From Amoebidium appalachense (taxonomy: Eukaryota > Protista > Ichthyosporea), in assembly GCA_963693365.1 (NCBI GenBank), contig CAVNZM010000009.1, positions 2,978,231 through 3,042,230 of the forward strand: a DNA stretch of 64,000 bases, given 5' to 3'. The position numbers and the translations under genes are program-made. The notes under the pieces were generated by a model that did not search any database, was not told the origin of the DNA, and saw only the letters and a list, made by a program, of their open reading frames with translations. The stretch's first letter is position 1. Each line of letters starts with the position of its first letter. Shown here in pieces: positions 1-13,335 of this stretch.

Positions 1-3
1 GGA

Positions 4-572
4 GTGGAATCCCCCCGAGTTGAGTGCCGACGGGCTTGGCAAGTGGAAAACTCTAAGAGAATTGGCAAAGACATTCAACACCATGAGGTAGGCTGGGAAA
101 AGAATGCCTCATCTGCTCTTAAGATGTTGCCCCTTAACCTTTGCCCAAGTGCATACACGTATATGCCTTTGAATTTTGTTGATGATGGTCCAGAATGCTT
201 CGAGATACAAGAATTGGTCAAATCTGATATAAGCCACTGTTATAAGTGCTTTGAATCATGATGTTGCTCCGTGTGGTTCATGGATTTCACGACCGTTTTG
301 GGCTCAATCTTGCAATTATGGGTTGTGCATCATACATGCCGCAATCAAACATCAGCCGGCTGAATCCCTGTCATTGTGAGCATGAGGACGAGATAATAGT
401 ACCACCAGAATTGTCCTTGGCTGTTTTCTCGCCTAATCCCTGGTGGTCATTCATGGGTGATCCATGTTGGACCCGGCCTTTGCATCCAACGTGCACACAC
501 TTGCAGTCTCACATTAAAATTGTCCCCGATTTCAGTGACACAGCTCGCTCACCTGTGTACCCCATGCAACTA
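4..572 (+). other. Possible degraded coding fragment, unidentified, probably continuing beyond the window edge
   Basis: Non-repetitive sequence with two overlapping ORFs (4-261 and 258 onward) offset by a frameshift, ending at a possible donor (c|gtatct ~573). No motif recognised. Confidence 0.2.
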
Positions 573-1187
573 CGTATCTTCTCTCTCTCTGCCCCCCCCC
601 CCTCCCCCCCCCCCCCCATCCCCCCTCCCCCCCCCCCCCCCCACGGATATTTTGGATCTAATATGCTGTACGCTTATATAATGAAATGGGGAAAGATAGG
701 ACAGCCTAGCCTAGCGGAGGGGGGAAGTAGAGAGGAGCCTCCGGGGGAAGGTTGTTGGGGGGGGGGGGGGGGGGGGGGGGGTGGAGGGGGTGAGGCCAAT
801 GTAAAGCCCAAACGACACGTTGAGATTGATCCGACCATAAAAAAAGGCAACACACAAATGGTGTTTATTATATCATGAAAACTTGGCAAGTTACCGGGAA
901 TTTTAATTTTTATGTCCTACATCACCGCTTTCAGGTGTGTGTCTGCGCGGGCATCGCCTAGGTAAGATGATGGAGCAGCATGGGCCTGAAACCCCCCCCC
1001 CCCCCCCCCCCCCCCCCTTCTCCCCCCCCCCACCCCCCACCCCCCAAACACACACACAAACCCTCCTCCCCCCTCCCCCCTCCCCCCTCATTATGATACA
1101 CACACACACACACACACATACAACACACGTACCGTATGATGTACATACACACACACACACACGAACACACACACACGAACACACACG

Positions 1188-1254
<67 letters not shown>

Positions 1255-1417
1255 TCATGTGAACACACACACAGACACATCATCATCATTATCATCAGCA
1301 AATCGAAATCAACCTTCTGCCCCTCGTTTTTTTTTGGGGGAGGGGAGTCGGAAGTTGAAGGGGGAGGAGGGGGGGGGGGGGGGGGGGGAGGGGATGAGTA
1401 TGTAGGCGCCATGGTGC

Positions 1418-1469
<52 letters not shown>

Positions 1470-1537
1470 CGTGTGTGTAGTGTGTGCGTGTGTGTGTGTG
1501 TAACATGTGTGTGTGTGTGTGGCATGTGTGTGTGTGC

Positions 1538-1601
<64 letters not shown>

Positions 1602-1694
1602 TGTGTGGGTGTGTGTGTGTACGCACACGCGCCTGTGTGTGTGTGTGCCAGTGTTTGTGTGTGTGCGTGTGTGTGCGTGTGCGTGTGTGTGTGC

Positions 1695-1750
<56 letters not shown>

Positions 1751-2089
1751 GCGTGTGTGTGTATGGGTGGGTGTGCGTGTGTCTGTGTGAGCCGTTGTGT
1801 ATGTGTGTGTGCACGTGTGTGTGTGTGTGGCGTATTTGGGGGAAATGGGGTGGGGAGGGGGGGTTAGGGAGGGGTTGAAGATGGGGAGGGGAAGGGGGAA
1901 GGGGGGACGGGGGCAAGGCCTCCTAATCCAGAGGGGGGCCAGGGATTGAGTGAGTCATCCATCGTTCGAATGCACGTGGCCAATCTTCTCGCAAGATCTC
2001 ACTGCTGATGTGATAGTTATGATGATACGTACCAATACATTCCTGAGGGTGCCATATTAGCCAATCAACAGGTGTAAAGATGTCGACTT

Positions 2090-2748
2090 CAAGGCTTGGC
2101 CGGTCTGGACCGGACCGACGGTTCGGACCAGTCCTGGGGTCGGTCCGGGCCGGAACGGTCCTCAAAAGTGAGGACCGGTGTATTCAGCACTTTTATTTTG
2201 TGCAAGTTGCCTGAGCAGGCGAGACTCAGCCACGGAAAGGTAGCCCTACGTAATGAACTGAGTGGGCCAGTGTGTGTCCTTATGCTCATACTTGCTGCAA
2301 ACGGATATGAAGGGAGGAGAATCCCTGTTGTTGTGCCAGACAGCGCTAACTCTGGCGGTAGTGGCCACCAGGCATAGGGGAAGGAGACTGAGCTCGAGGG
2401 GGAGGGGGGAGGGGGGGGGGGGGAAAGGGGAAGGTGGGAAAAGGGGGGGGGGGGGGGGGGGGATGGGCAAGCTGGAGAGCTGCCTGGGGCACAGGAGGGG
2501 GGGAGGGGCCCGGGGGGAGGGAGGGGGCGAGGGGGGTGGGGGGGGGGGAGGGGGGGGTCCAGGGGAGGGGGTTATACAGAGGGAGCTCGAGATGGAGTTA
2601 ACATCTCATGAGAGGTGAGGTGAGGGGGAGAGAGAGAGAGAGAGTTGAAGGGCCGTGGGAGGGTCGGACGGGGGGGAGAAGGTGCAGGGGGGGGGGGGGG
2701 GGGAGGGGCTGGGAGGGGCCCGAAGGGGGGGGGGGGGGGGGGGGGGGG

Positions 2749-2788
<40 letters not shown>

Positions 2789-2898
2789 GGGAGGGAGGGC
2801 GGCGGGGGGGCAAAAAGGACCGAATTCGGACCGGGATCGGACCGCCAAAATGGCAGACCGGACCGGACCGGACCGACAGGAGGGTGAGCAATGCGTTG
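2090..2898. mobile_element. Non-autonomous hAT-like DNA transposon
   Basis: Flanked by the direct repeat GTCGACTT (2082-2089 and 2899-2906). Imperfect terminal inverted repeats (TIRs): CAAGGCTTGGC versus reverse-complement CAACGCATTGC (8/11). GGACC/GGTCC subterminal repeat clusters at both ends (2100-2180, 2816-2876). No transposase ORF. Confidence 0.7.
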
Positions 2899-4300
2899 GT
2901 CGACTTCAACTCGACACGGACTTTATTTAAAGATGAGCGCGCAACCAATCAGTGTTCCCATCACGTAATCACCTTAGCAGTGGCTGTACCAGCCGGCAGT
3001 GGCACCGACGTTTCATTGAGCTCATTCCAACCCCCCAAGAGGGCATACTCTTTTTCTCAACACGTTCCCCTTATGCTGTACTCTCACTTTTACTCAGTAA
3101 CCGTGTTTAAGCTTGATTCGAGCTAAATATGGTAGCTGGTAGTATCAGAATTGCGTTAGCGTGGTGCTAAATAACTTCAAGTCATATCCTCAACACTTGA
3201 AATGGACAACTGCGTCATCACACGTCATTGTTTATCCGGATGATGATGGAATTCCGCAATTCATCGATTAACCAATCAGCTTTCGCCGTTGATCCTCATG
3301 ACGGTGCCAGCCGCGATGCAGCTTATGCTTCTCCTGATTGGAAAATGTTCTCAAATCTTATAAAGGACTTCTTATTAGTAAACAGAGTTTGGAGAAACAG
3401 ATTATCGTTTGTCTTATTTGTCAAGCTACTTTCATTGATAAGGTCGTTTCAAAGTTCCTGGAATGCAGGCGAAGGGCGATCTATTTCCCAATAAACTGTT
3501 CTGCTTCATAAGTGGTTAAAGATCATGATATAAATATACCGTAATACCATTTTTGCAGATGATTGGGCTGGCTGATCAGTACTCAAAATCCCCCTATACC
3601 ACTCAAAGCATACCTGCTACTTTTGAATCGAAATTTGATCCTTGAAAATCTTAATCATGATCAACGTTAACGACGTCGATGATGACTGTATCAACCGTTT
3701 AATAATTATGTGCTGTCATAATACTGAACTACCAATCCTTGTATTATCATATTTAGTCTTATTTGGTTCGATAAGAACTATTTGGGCGAATTAAATGTTT
3801 CTAATAGTTCCAAAATATTTTGCAACATGTGTAACTTGAACATAACTCCTGTTCACTGTTCCTGATCATGGGCTGTTGAACGTTCTGCAGAAAACGTCAT
3901 GGTTTCTTTTTCGAAGGTAAGGGACAGATCTTGGAGTGTGAGGTGATCAAATTGGAATGTGCTGTTTTCCTGCTGCGACGTCGACGGAACCGTATGTACA
4001 GTATGCCGCAGTCTTTTGAATCCAGTCTTTCGCACCTTCAGTGTGCATCCTTCACACTGTTATGCTTGCCGTTCAACCTTTTTCTCAGTTTGGATCTCAA
4101 AAAAACTTCTTTTCTGTTTCATCTATGGAAGCTTTAACAGCCTGAATAACCATGAAACGAAGACAAGACACGCACCAATTGGGCACCAAATCTTGAAGTT
4201 TTTACCCACACCACACAAACGAAACGTCTAGCCCAATCTGAGCTCAGCGAGATAGATCACACCCCTGACCACAGAGGATTCCAAGTAGTAAACCCTTAAA

Positions 4301-5314
4301 ATGACTCGCTTGCGGGGCGGAAGCTCAACACCTCGCCTAAACAGGTTACCTAATGCCCTTGCCGAGTTTCTGTTTGGAGATCCCAGTACCCAACCTTCGA
4401 ACTCAGCCTCCGAAAACGGATATGTGGGCAAGAGGAAAAACTCTGTTCCCTCTCTGGCCGACCTCCGTGCACTCATTACACAAACAATCCCCGTGTCCTT
4501 TGACCATGACACGCAGACAGAGATCAATGCATACTCAGTTAGGACCAATCACATGGTTGATGGATACATTTCGGAAGATAACTCAGCGAGTCACAACGAT
4601 AACATCACTGAGCACAACTCCGGATTCAGGCAACTCGAGGTCATTGAATCGTCTCTAGGTGCCGATGTTACATCAAGCAAAACAACTGCAGAAATCAAAT
4701 CCGGCGACAATGTCACCTACGAAATTAAACCCACAAGAAGAATACTCAAGTTCGCAAAGACACGGTGTTCCAATTTGGGGATCAGCGTGTGCGCCATAAG
4801 CACCCGTGTGTATATTACGGACGTGTATAAAAACTCCATTGCATGGCAGTTGGGCCTGCAAATTGGTGACCGGCTCGATGAGGTAAACGACATACGTGCC
4901 GAGGCGTTGCGAGCCCAAGACATCATCGAACTGTTTTGTTACGCCGATCGCGTAAAGATGGTAGTGACACAAATACCCCTTTTTAGGCAACTCTCCTTGG
5001 GTGGGGGCTCTGAAACAGACCGGATGGCCCGCCAACTGGGTGTAGCTTACGCAAACGGGCAGGTTCAGGGCGTGGTTGAGGGTTCGGCGGGATCCTTGGC
5101 AAACATGAAGAAAGGAGATGCCGTGATGGTGATTGGAAACGAGTGGGTTTATGACTTGGCTGACAAGGATGTGTTGCACAAGATGCAATGGCGGCTTGCC
5201 AAATATGGGCGTGTAAGCGTCACTGTGGGGCCAGCTTTGTTAAAGAGAGAGATAGCAAGGGCGTGCTCGGATCGCCCTTTGCCCATTTATAGAACAGCAG
5301 ACCTACAGTTCTAA
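4301..5314 (+). CDS. Syntenin-like tandem PDZ-domain protein (intronless, 337 aa)
   Basis: EIKPTRRILKFAK..NLGI..VYITDVYKNSIAWQLGLQIGDRLDEVN matches syntenin PDZ1 ([44 protein letters not shown]). Second PDZ: QLGVAYANGQVQGVVEGSAG..VSVTVGPA. N-terminal SVPSLADL resembles syntenin LYPSLEDL. Confidence 0.8.
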   Translation: MTRLRGGSSTPRLNRLPNALAEFLFGDPSTQPSNSASENGYVGKRKNSVPSLADLRALITQTIPVSFDHDTQTEINAYSVRTNHMVDGYISEDNSASHNDNITEHNSGFRQLEVIESSLGADVTSSKTTAEIKSGDNVTYEIKPTRRILKFAKTRCSNLGISVCAISTRVYITDVYKNSIAWQLGLQIGDRLDEVNDIRAEALRAQDIIELFCYADRVKMVVTQIPLFRQLSLGGGSETDRMARQLGVAYANGQVQGVVEGSAGSLANMKKGDAVMVIGNEWVYDLADKDVLHKMQWRLAKYGRVSVTVGPALLKREIARACSDRPLPIYRTADLQF

Positions 5315-6327
5315 GGGGCAGTGCCTATTACGTTGACGAAAAAGTGTGTAACAATATACACACTTTGGTGCTTCAGTTTGCGTATAATAGTAATTGTATT
5401 CAATTAATTTATTACGCGGTAACCGCCATAGGCTGTAGTTCGAAACCGTATGTATGCCATTGGGTAATAGTGCACTGCCGTGTTACTACATTTGACACTG
5501 CAGTGATCATGATGCTAGAAATGATTGTGTTTTCCGCATCAATACGTTTACTAATAGTGTAAAAAAAGGGAGCCTTTTACTGCTTTATTGATGCAATGTG
5601 AGGCGAAATGAACGTGGTATGAAAGTGGTATGAAACCATCAAACTCTCTGCTTACATACTTACTTATGCTTACTTACTGCTTACTTATCGTCGTAACAAT
5701 TGCAGTCGTTGTTCATGGTCTTATGTAATATTAAACTAAGAAATGATCTTTGCTTCCTTATATAAAGGTAAATATATAAGGGCATGCGCAAGGCATGCCC
5801 GAAGTCTGTATTCAAGTGTGGAAAAACGAGTTTTCTGCCAAGCATTTCTGGCCAAAGGAAAACAGGTGCACCCGTGTTCATGGCATGCATGCATGCAGCT
5901 GCTTATGAGCAATCCTCTGAGGCAGCCTTTGCCGCGAGTGTTCCCCTTCATCTTTCGCTTCTTCTTGGCAGAAAACAGGTTTTGGAGTACTTATAGGGCT
6001 GTAAGTTGGACGGAGGACTGGAGGATGTGCCAACTGTTGGGTACAGAAAACTGAAACTTACAAAAGATAGTGGCAAACAACAGGCAGACAGGCAAACAAC
6101 AAACGGTTCTTTACGGCGGCGGCCGGCCGGCCGCAATAGTTAGTCTTACTTGCCGACCCGCTGAGCCATAGATAGCGCAATGTAGACTACATCACATGTG
6201 TCGCTGGGCCGGGGCCCAAAAAACTTGAGCGGTCACTCCTTCGCGACTAGAAAGACAAAATCTTACGATTTGCCTGTACTGGTGTTTTGTTCACTTCGAA
6301 GTTTTTGCTTTGTTAGGGGAGAGGAAA

Positions 6328-6548
6328 ATGGCACGCCAGACGCCGCTGAACTGCTCCGGGCACACACGGCCTGTAACGGACCTTGCCTTCTCGGCGATCA
6401 CACCTGACGGATATTTTCTTATTAGTGCTTGCAAAGGTGCGTATGAGTGTGGGCGAGTGTGTGTGTGCGTGTGTGTGCGTATGTGCGTGCGTGCGTGCGT
6501 GCGTGCGTGTGCGTGCGTGCGTGTGTGTGTGTGCGTGTGTGTGTGTGC

Positions 6549-6581
<33 letters not shown>

Positions 6582-8454
6582 CGCGCGCGCGCGTACATAT
6601 GTGTATATAGGCGAACGCGCGTGTGCCTTCGCGCGTAGTATGGGCATGCGTGTGTGTGTGCACGAGTTCCTGCTTTTCTTTTCCCGTGTGTGTGTGTAAA
6701 GTTGCGCGGGTGGGGGGGGGGGGAGGGAGAGGTGTGTGTGTGTGTGTGTGTGTTTGTGTGTGTGTGTTGGGGGGGGGGGGGGGGGGGGAACAGCTGGCTG
6801 ATTTCATGCATGTGCGCATGTCTGTGTGTATGTGCTTGTGTACGTGCATGGGAGTGCTTTTTTTGGGCTCAAGTGTGCGGCTGTTTGTGTTTGTGTGCTG
6901 GAACGTTTGCAGTGTTCCTGGAAACTTGTGTGGGTTACTGTTTGTGAAGGCATGTGCTTGAATCAAGCACGTTTTCCAAATGTCGTGTTGGAAGAGAAAT
7001 ACAAAAAGCTGTCGAAGACATCAAAGGGAAGCTTTGCATTTTTCAACTGGGAACACTTGAAGTTTTGACCAATGACCAAAATACCATTTTCATGGCAGAT
7101 GGAAAACCCATGTTGAGAAACGGACAGACAGGAGACTGGATCGGCACTTTCGAAGGTCACAAGGTATGTGTGCAGTGCAGCAGGAAGACAGGTTGCGTTT
7201 TGGGATGGAGTGAAAGGAATGAAAGTATGGAATGGAAGCTATGGCAGAAAATGGGAGTTTTAATTTAAACACAGACCATCTTTTCGGAGCGTCTTTGGGC
7301 AGACATGGGCAGGGAGGAAGAGGCGGTGTATTCGTGCGCCTGAGAATGCATAAGTGTCTGATGGGTGGGAGGGGGGCAGGTGGGTGAAAGGGAGGGATGT
7401 GTGTGTGTGTGAGTGGGTGGGTGGGTGAGGGAGGAGGGTAAGGGTAGCAGTGGAGATGGCCAGTGTAGTTGTGCAAAAGGACATAATAGAAGTGAGCCAC
7501 AAGGAGACTTTAAGTGGGTGAGGGTATGAGGGGAGGGAGGAAAAGCTCAGTTGACGGAATGGGGGGGATAAAATATAGTCGTTCTACTTTACCTCGAAAT
7601 CCCCCTCCCACCCTTCTTCCCCTTCCCCCCTCCCCCCTCTGCCTGCCCGTCTCCGCCACACACACATACACACACACACACAGTCGCCTCGATTTTTACA
7701 CACACAAGCACACAACCTCAATGTGCCTCTGTGTGTCGTGTTCGTGCTTGTCCTCTTACTCTCTTTCCACCCCCCCCCCCCCCCCCCCCCCCCCCCCCTT
7801 CCCCCTCCCCCTCCCCCTCTCCTCCCCTTCCCCCCCCCCCCCCCCCCCCCTTTCACTTGTCGCCTTCTCTTTCACCCCTAGACATCTAGAGAAATGTGGG
7901 TGCCGCACACAAGCACACACATCGCACAATCACATTACCCCAAACACAAAGGCACACTTTACACACATACATGCCTACATAAGGGTGAACACGCACATGC
8001 ATTAAGGGCCCATAATGCACTCATCCTCCTTCTCTTATAATCCCCCCCCCTCTCCCCATGCCCTAAACATCTGCTTCATTGGTGTGTGCCGTGATTTTAA
8101 TCCAGATTAAATTTTAAAATCGCAGGGTGCTGTGTGGTGTGCACAACTAAACCGCGATGCAACACGAGCAGTGACAGGCTCAGCAGATTTCAGCGCGTAT
8201 GCCTCCCCCCCCCTCCCCCCCCCCCCCCCACCCCCCTCTCTCTCCCTCCTCCCCCCTCCCCCCCCCCCCTCCCCCATCCCCCCTCCGTGCTCTTTCATGT
8301 GCTCTCCGGTGTCTCTGTTTGTGTTCTCCTTTGGGGGAGGAAAAAAACATGTCCAAAGGCTGCTAAGAGGCTGAAAGAGGCGGGAAGCTCCAGTGCAGAG
8401 AGAGGTTAGGGGGATGGATGGGGTTCCGAGGGCGGTGTGTGTGTGTGTGGGTGT

Positions 8455-8510
<56 letters not shown>

Positions 8511-9006
8511 CCGTGGGGAAAGATGAGGTGGGGGTGGGGGGAGGGGGCAGGGTGAGGTTTGAAGTGCGTGGTGGGATTCTCGAGAATAGGGGAAAGAATA
8601 CCTTTTATCAGACCCTCACGTTTGCCTGTGGGGGTTGGGGGGGGGGGGGGGGGGAGGGGGGGGGAGGAAGACAAGTGGATCTCGGGGGGGGGGGGGGGGG
8701 GATGCTTTGGAGAGCGGAGAGGGAGAAAAGAGAGATTTGCGGTGGTGACTAGTAGGAGAGAGTACGTGTGTGTGCGCGCACGGGGAGGGGGGGACGGGGT
8801 GGGGGGAAGGGGGGAGAGATTGAGGGGGGGGGGGGGGAAGGGGGGAGGGGTTTCCCTAAGCCCAGTGCTCTCTTTATGTTGGGTGCCGGTTCTGACGTCT
8901 GATTGGGCCACAGCAAGGTGTGGAATGCGGTGACGGGGGATGAGCTCATGTCTCTTAGCCACAAACACATTGTTAAGTCGTGTGGTTTCTCTAAGGTTTG
9001 CAACCC

Positions 9007-9037
<31 letters not shown>

Positions 9038-9158
9038 CTTCCCCTCTTCATTCATGTCATTCTGTCGGCTAATGAGTGCTATTTGCCGTCTGAATGGAGC
9101 TTTTGGCATTATCTACCGCCTTCTACACCAACAACAACAACAACCCCAAAAAAACCAC

Positions 9159-9190
<32 letters not shown>

Positions 9191-9358
9191 CTTCCATTGT
9201 TCTGTGCCGATGTGGTCCTGCCTCTGCTATACCTTGTGTGTGCGTGCACGCACACACAAATACATACACACACACACACATACACACACACACACCTCCA
9301 ACCAACACACAAACGCAAACAAACAAGCACTCACACACCACCCTTACCCCCCCTCCTT

Positions 9359-9399
<41 letters not shown>

Positions 9400-9692
9400 A
9401 AAAAGAAAAAAAAGAAAAAAAAATCACGCACACACACACGCACACACACCTTCCATTGTTCTGTGCCGATATGGTCCTGCCTCTGCTATACCTTGTGTGT
9501 GGGTGCACACACACACACACACACACCTTCATCAGGTAACTTCTTTCAGAGCCACCCTGACCTGCCTCTGTGCCCCCCTCTCTCTCTTCCCCCCCCCCCC
9601 CCCCCTGCCCCCTCCCCCCCTCCAACACACACACACCCAAACAAGCAAGCACTCACACACCACCCTTACCCCCCTTCTTCTCTCCCCCTGCC

Positions 9693-9727
<35 letters not shown>

Positions 9728-10312
9728 TCGCACCCTCTCCTTTTCCTCCCACAGGATGGGCGTCAGGTGATTACAGGCAGTCAGGAGAAACTTGTGCGTG
9801 TGTTTGATATCGAGAACGGCAGCAACGAGGCTGTGTTGACCCTCACGGGCCACGCGGCAAACATCAAGACGGTACTGTTTGCAGATGACGGACGCATTTT
9901 CAGCTCTGGAGAGGACAAGGTTATCAGGTACATTCCCTCATTATAACAGAGTTATTAAATATACTCAAAGTATAATAAAGTTATTAGGTATACCTGATGC
10001 ATAGCAAACTTATTAGGAAAATTTTCTAAATATAAGGTGGTTTTATGTAAGGGACTATTCGTGTTGGCACATATGAACGACCCCAATCTCCCTAGTGCAA
10101 TGGATGTCAAGATGATCGAGCACACATTCAGACCCACATGCACGCACACATGCATACAAATAAACATACACACACACACATACACATAAACATACACACA
10201 CGCACATGCACAAGCACCCACTTGCACAAAATTTCGCATATGCATGTGCTTTGTTTGACATCACGACCATGTGCACACACACGAGATACTGGCTTGACAC
10301 TATGCTACAATT

Positions 10313-10379
<67 letters not shown>

Positions 10380-11326
10380 CACACATGCACGAGTGCACAC
10401 CACCACACAGGAACGTTCACGGGTAGTGGACACATGGATGGTCGCTATGGGAGTCTGATGATTAGCCAATCAGAAACACACATGTTCCATTAAACAAACA
10501 GTAGGCCAATTTGCACAATTTGCCATGAGGCAAGGGCCTCCAGAGACTTCGTGAAACTATGTTGAAGTGGCTTGTCTGGACACGTGTTCCAATTTTAGTA
10601 CTGTGGGTTTAGTGTTCAAGGTGGGGCATTATATTCAAATCGTACAGACGTTTTGCATTTCTATTTAGGGTGTAGGGCCATCGTAGCGTTAAGGCAAGCA
10701 CTCACTCTGTAGTGTTAAAGCACTCGCTGTATCAATGCTGAGATATGTGTTTCCTCCTTAGGGTATAGGCCCAGCGTAGCGTTAAAGCAAGTGCTCACTC
10801 TGTAGCGTTAAATCACACATTCTATCCGTACTGACTGGGGGATTTCCATTTAAGGGTATATGAGCGTTAAAGCACACAGTATCCGTACTGACTAGGACAC
10901 TTCCATATTAGGGTATGGGACCAGCGGAGTGGGCAGCAGACACAGCAGGTGGAGATAGGGGGCAGTGTGAGTGGGCTTGAGATTTGCCCCGACGGCACCC
11001 TTCTGACCGTGACGTCAGGAAAGACCGTCTCCTTCTGGACCATGGACGGGTATGAACCCTCCCCCCGCCCGCCCGCCAATTGTCCCTGACCCTTTTTGAC
11101 ATATCCTGCTTTGGAAGTATAGAGGGTTTTCTTCCCCGGGGGGAGGGGGGGGGGGGCTCTGTGTGCGTGCGAACGTGTGCGTGTTTTGTTTCCCCGGGGA
11201 GTATTTTTTTGTTGTTGTTTGGGGGGGAGGGAGGGAGGGGGAAGGGGGGGGGGGGGGGGGGGGGAGCTTGTGCTGCCTCCCACTTTCCAGCCCTCTCACT
11301 AATTCACACAACCACTCCTCACATCC

Positions 11327-11368
<42 letters not shown>

Positions 11369-11623
11369 AAAAAAAAAAAAAAAAAACATCACCCAAAAAC
11401 ATCACCCAAAACGGAATAGAGAGAGTGTGAGTGAGAGAGGAGGAGGAGTATGTGGTGGTGGTGGTGGTGGAAGAAGAGAGTACACACGCTCACACAAACA
11501 TCCACGCTCAAATCCACACACACGTACCCACTCACACACATCATGCACTTGCATGCAAACACACACATCGGCACACACACATGCACCCACATCCAGACCC
11601 ACACCCATGCACCTACGCACACA

Positions 11624-11657
<34 letters not shown>

Positions 11658-11709
11658 AATCACACACCAGCGCACGTAAATTATATGCGCTCGCCCGCGC
11701 GCACGCACG

Positions 11710-11762
<53 letters not shown>

Positions 11763-11877
11763 CCATAGACACACACACAACCATAGACACACACACACAT
11801 ACTCGCTCACTCACTCACCCACTCAATTTCACGCATTCACACAAACATCCACGGATACACATACATATTCTCCCCCC

Positions 11878-11942
<65 letters not shown>

Positions 11943-12246
11943 ACACACATGAACACCCACACGTACAGACGTTCACACCTACACGTACTCACCCATGCCC
12001 ATTTTCCAGGTTCAACAAAGTCAAGTCATTCGATATGTCATGCCAGGTCAACTCTGCGTCACTGCACCCAGACAAAAAGAGGGTTGTGTGCGGAGGGGAG
12101 GACTTTTACCTGCACGTGTTTGACTACGACACGACAGAGGAGAAGGGTGTGTGCTTGCTGTGTGGGTGTGGGTGTGGGTGTGGGGCGGGGAGGTGGGGGT
12201 GGATGGGTTGGGGGTGGGTGGGGGGTAGGTGGGTGGGTGTGGGTGT

Positions 12247-12281
<35 letters not shown>

Positions 12282-12683
12282 GCGTGCGTCTGTGTCTGTG
12301 TCTGTGTCGGTGTCTGTGTGTGTTTGTGTGCGCGCGGGTGTACATGCGCTCGTGTCCGTGTGTTCGCGTGTGCCTTTTGTGTCTTGCTAGTTTGTTTCTT
12401 CTTGCGTTGCTTGAGTAGTGAAGTGTGTGTCTGTCTGGTCACTCATAGTGCAAATGCTGTCGCCCTTTCCTTTCATGCTATTCTATGTGGAGCACGGCAC
12501 TTTTCGTTGTGTTTGCCCGTATTTCAGAATGTGCCACGTTCTTACCACATCTCTTCCCCCCCACCCCCGCGCCACCCCTGAATACAGGGGTAGATTGAGC
12601 CTCTACTCCCGGACACACACACATCCGCATTTACATCCACACACGCATATTCACACACACACATGTACACGTGCACACCTCCA

Positions 12684-12742
<59 letters not shown>

Positions 12743-12776
12743 CATGTACACGCCTACACACCTTCGCACGTCCACG

Positions 12777-12823
<47 letters not shown>

Positions 12824-12883
12824 ACCTCCACCCCCACCCCACCCCCCTCCACCCCACACTACACACACACACACGCGCACACA

Positions 12884-12922
<39 letters not shown>

Positions 12923-13280
12923 ACACGAACAGAGGTGTACAAGGGCCACCACGGCCCCGTGCACTGTGTGCGCTACTCCCCCGACGGCATGCTGTATGCC
13001 AGTGGCTCTGAGGATGGAACCGTGCGCCTGTGGCAGGACCAGGTCGGCACAGAATACGGCCTCTGGTATGTTTTTGTTGGATTCTTCCCCCCTCTCCCCG
13101 TTCTGTGGCTCTGCTTATTATGCATACTCTCTTGTTTGGTTTGCATGCTGGATAGTGTTGCCCGTATTGATTTTGTACTTGCTACTCTATAACGCATTTT
13201 AAACCCCCCATCTCCTCTCTCGCCCGCCCTTCCCCTCTCTCTCCTTTCCCCATCTTCTCTCTCTCTCTCACACACACACA

Positions 13281-13335
<55 letters not shown>

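Noticed and set aside
5800-6095. RNase P/MRP RNA
   Set aside because: Only loose resemblance to the conserved P4 motifs; I could not build a consistent pairing.
9160-9680. Local intronic duplications (also 13260-13550 and 37380-37750)
   Set aside because: Ordinary slippage-type duplications between simple repeats, with no evident function.
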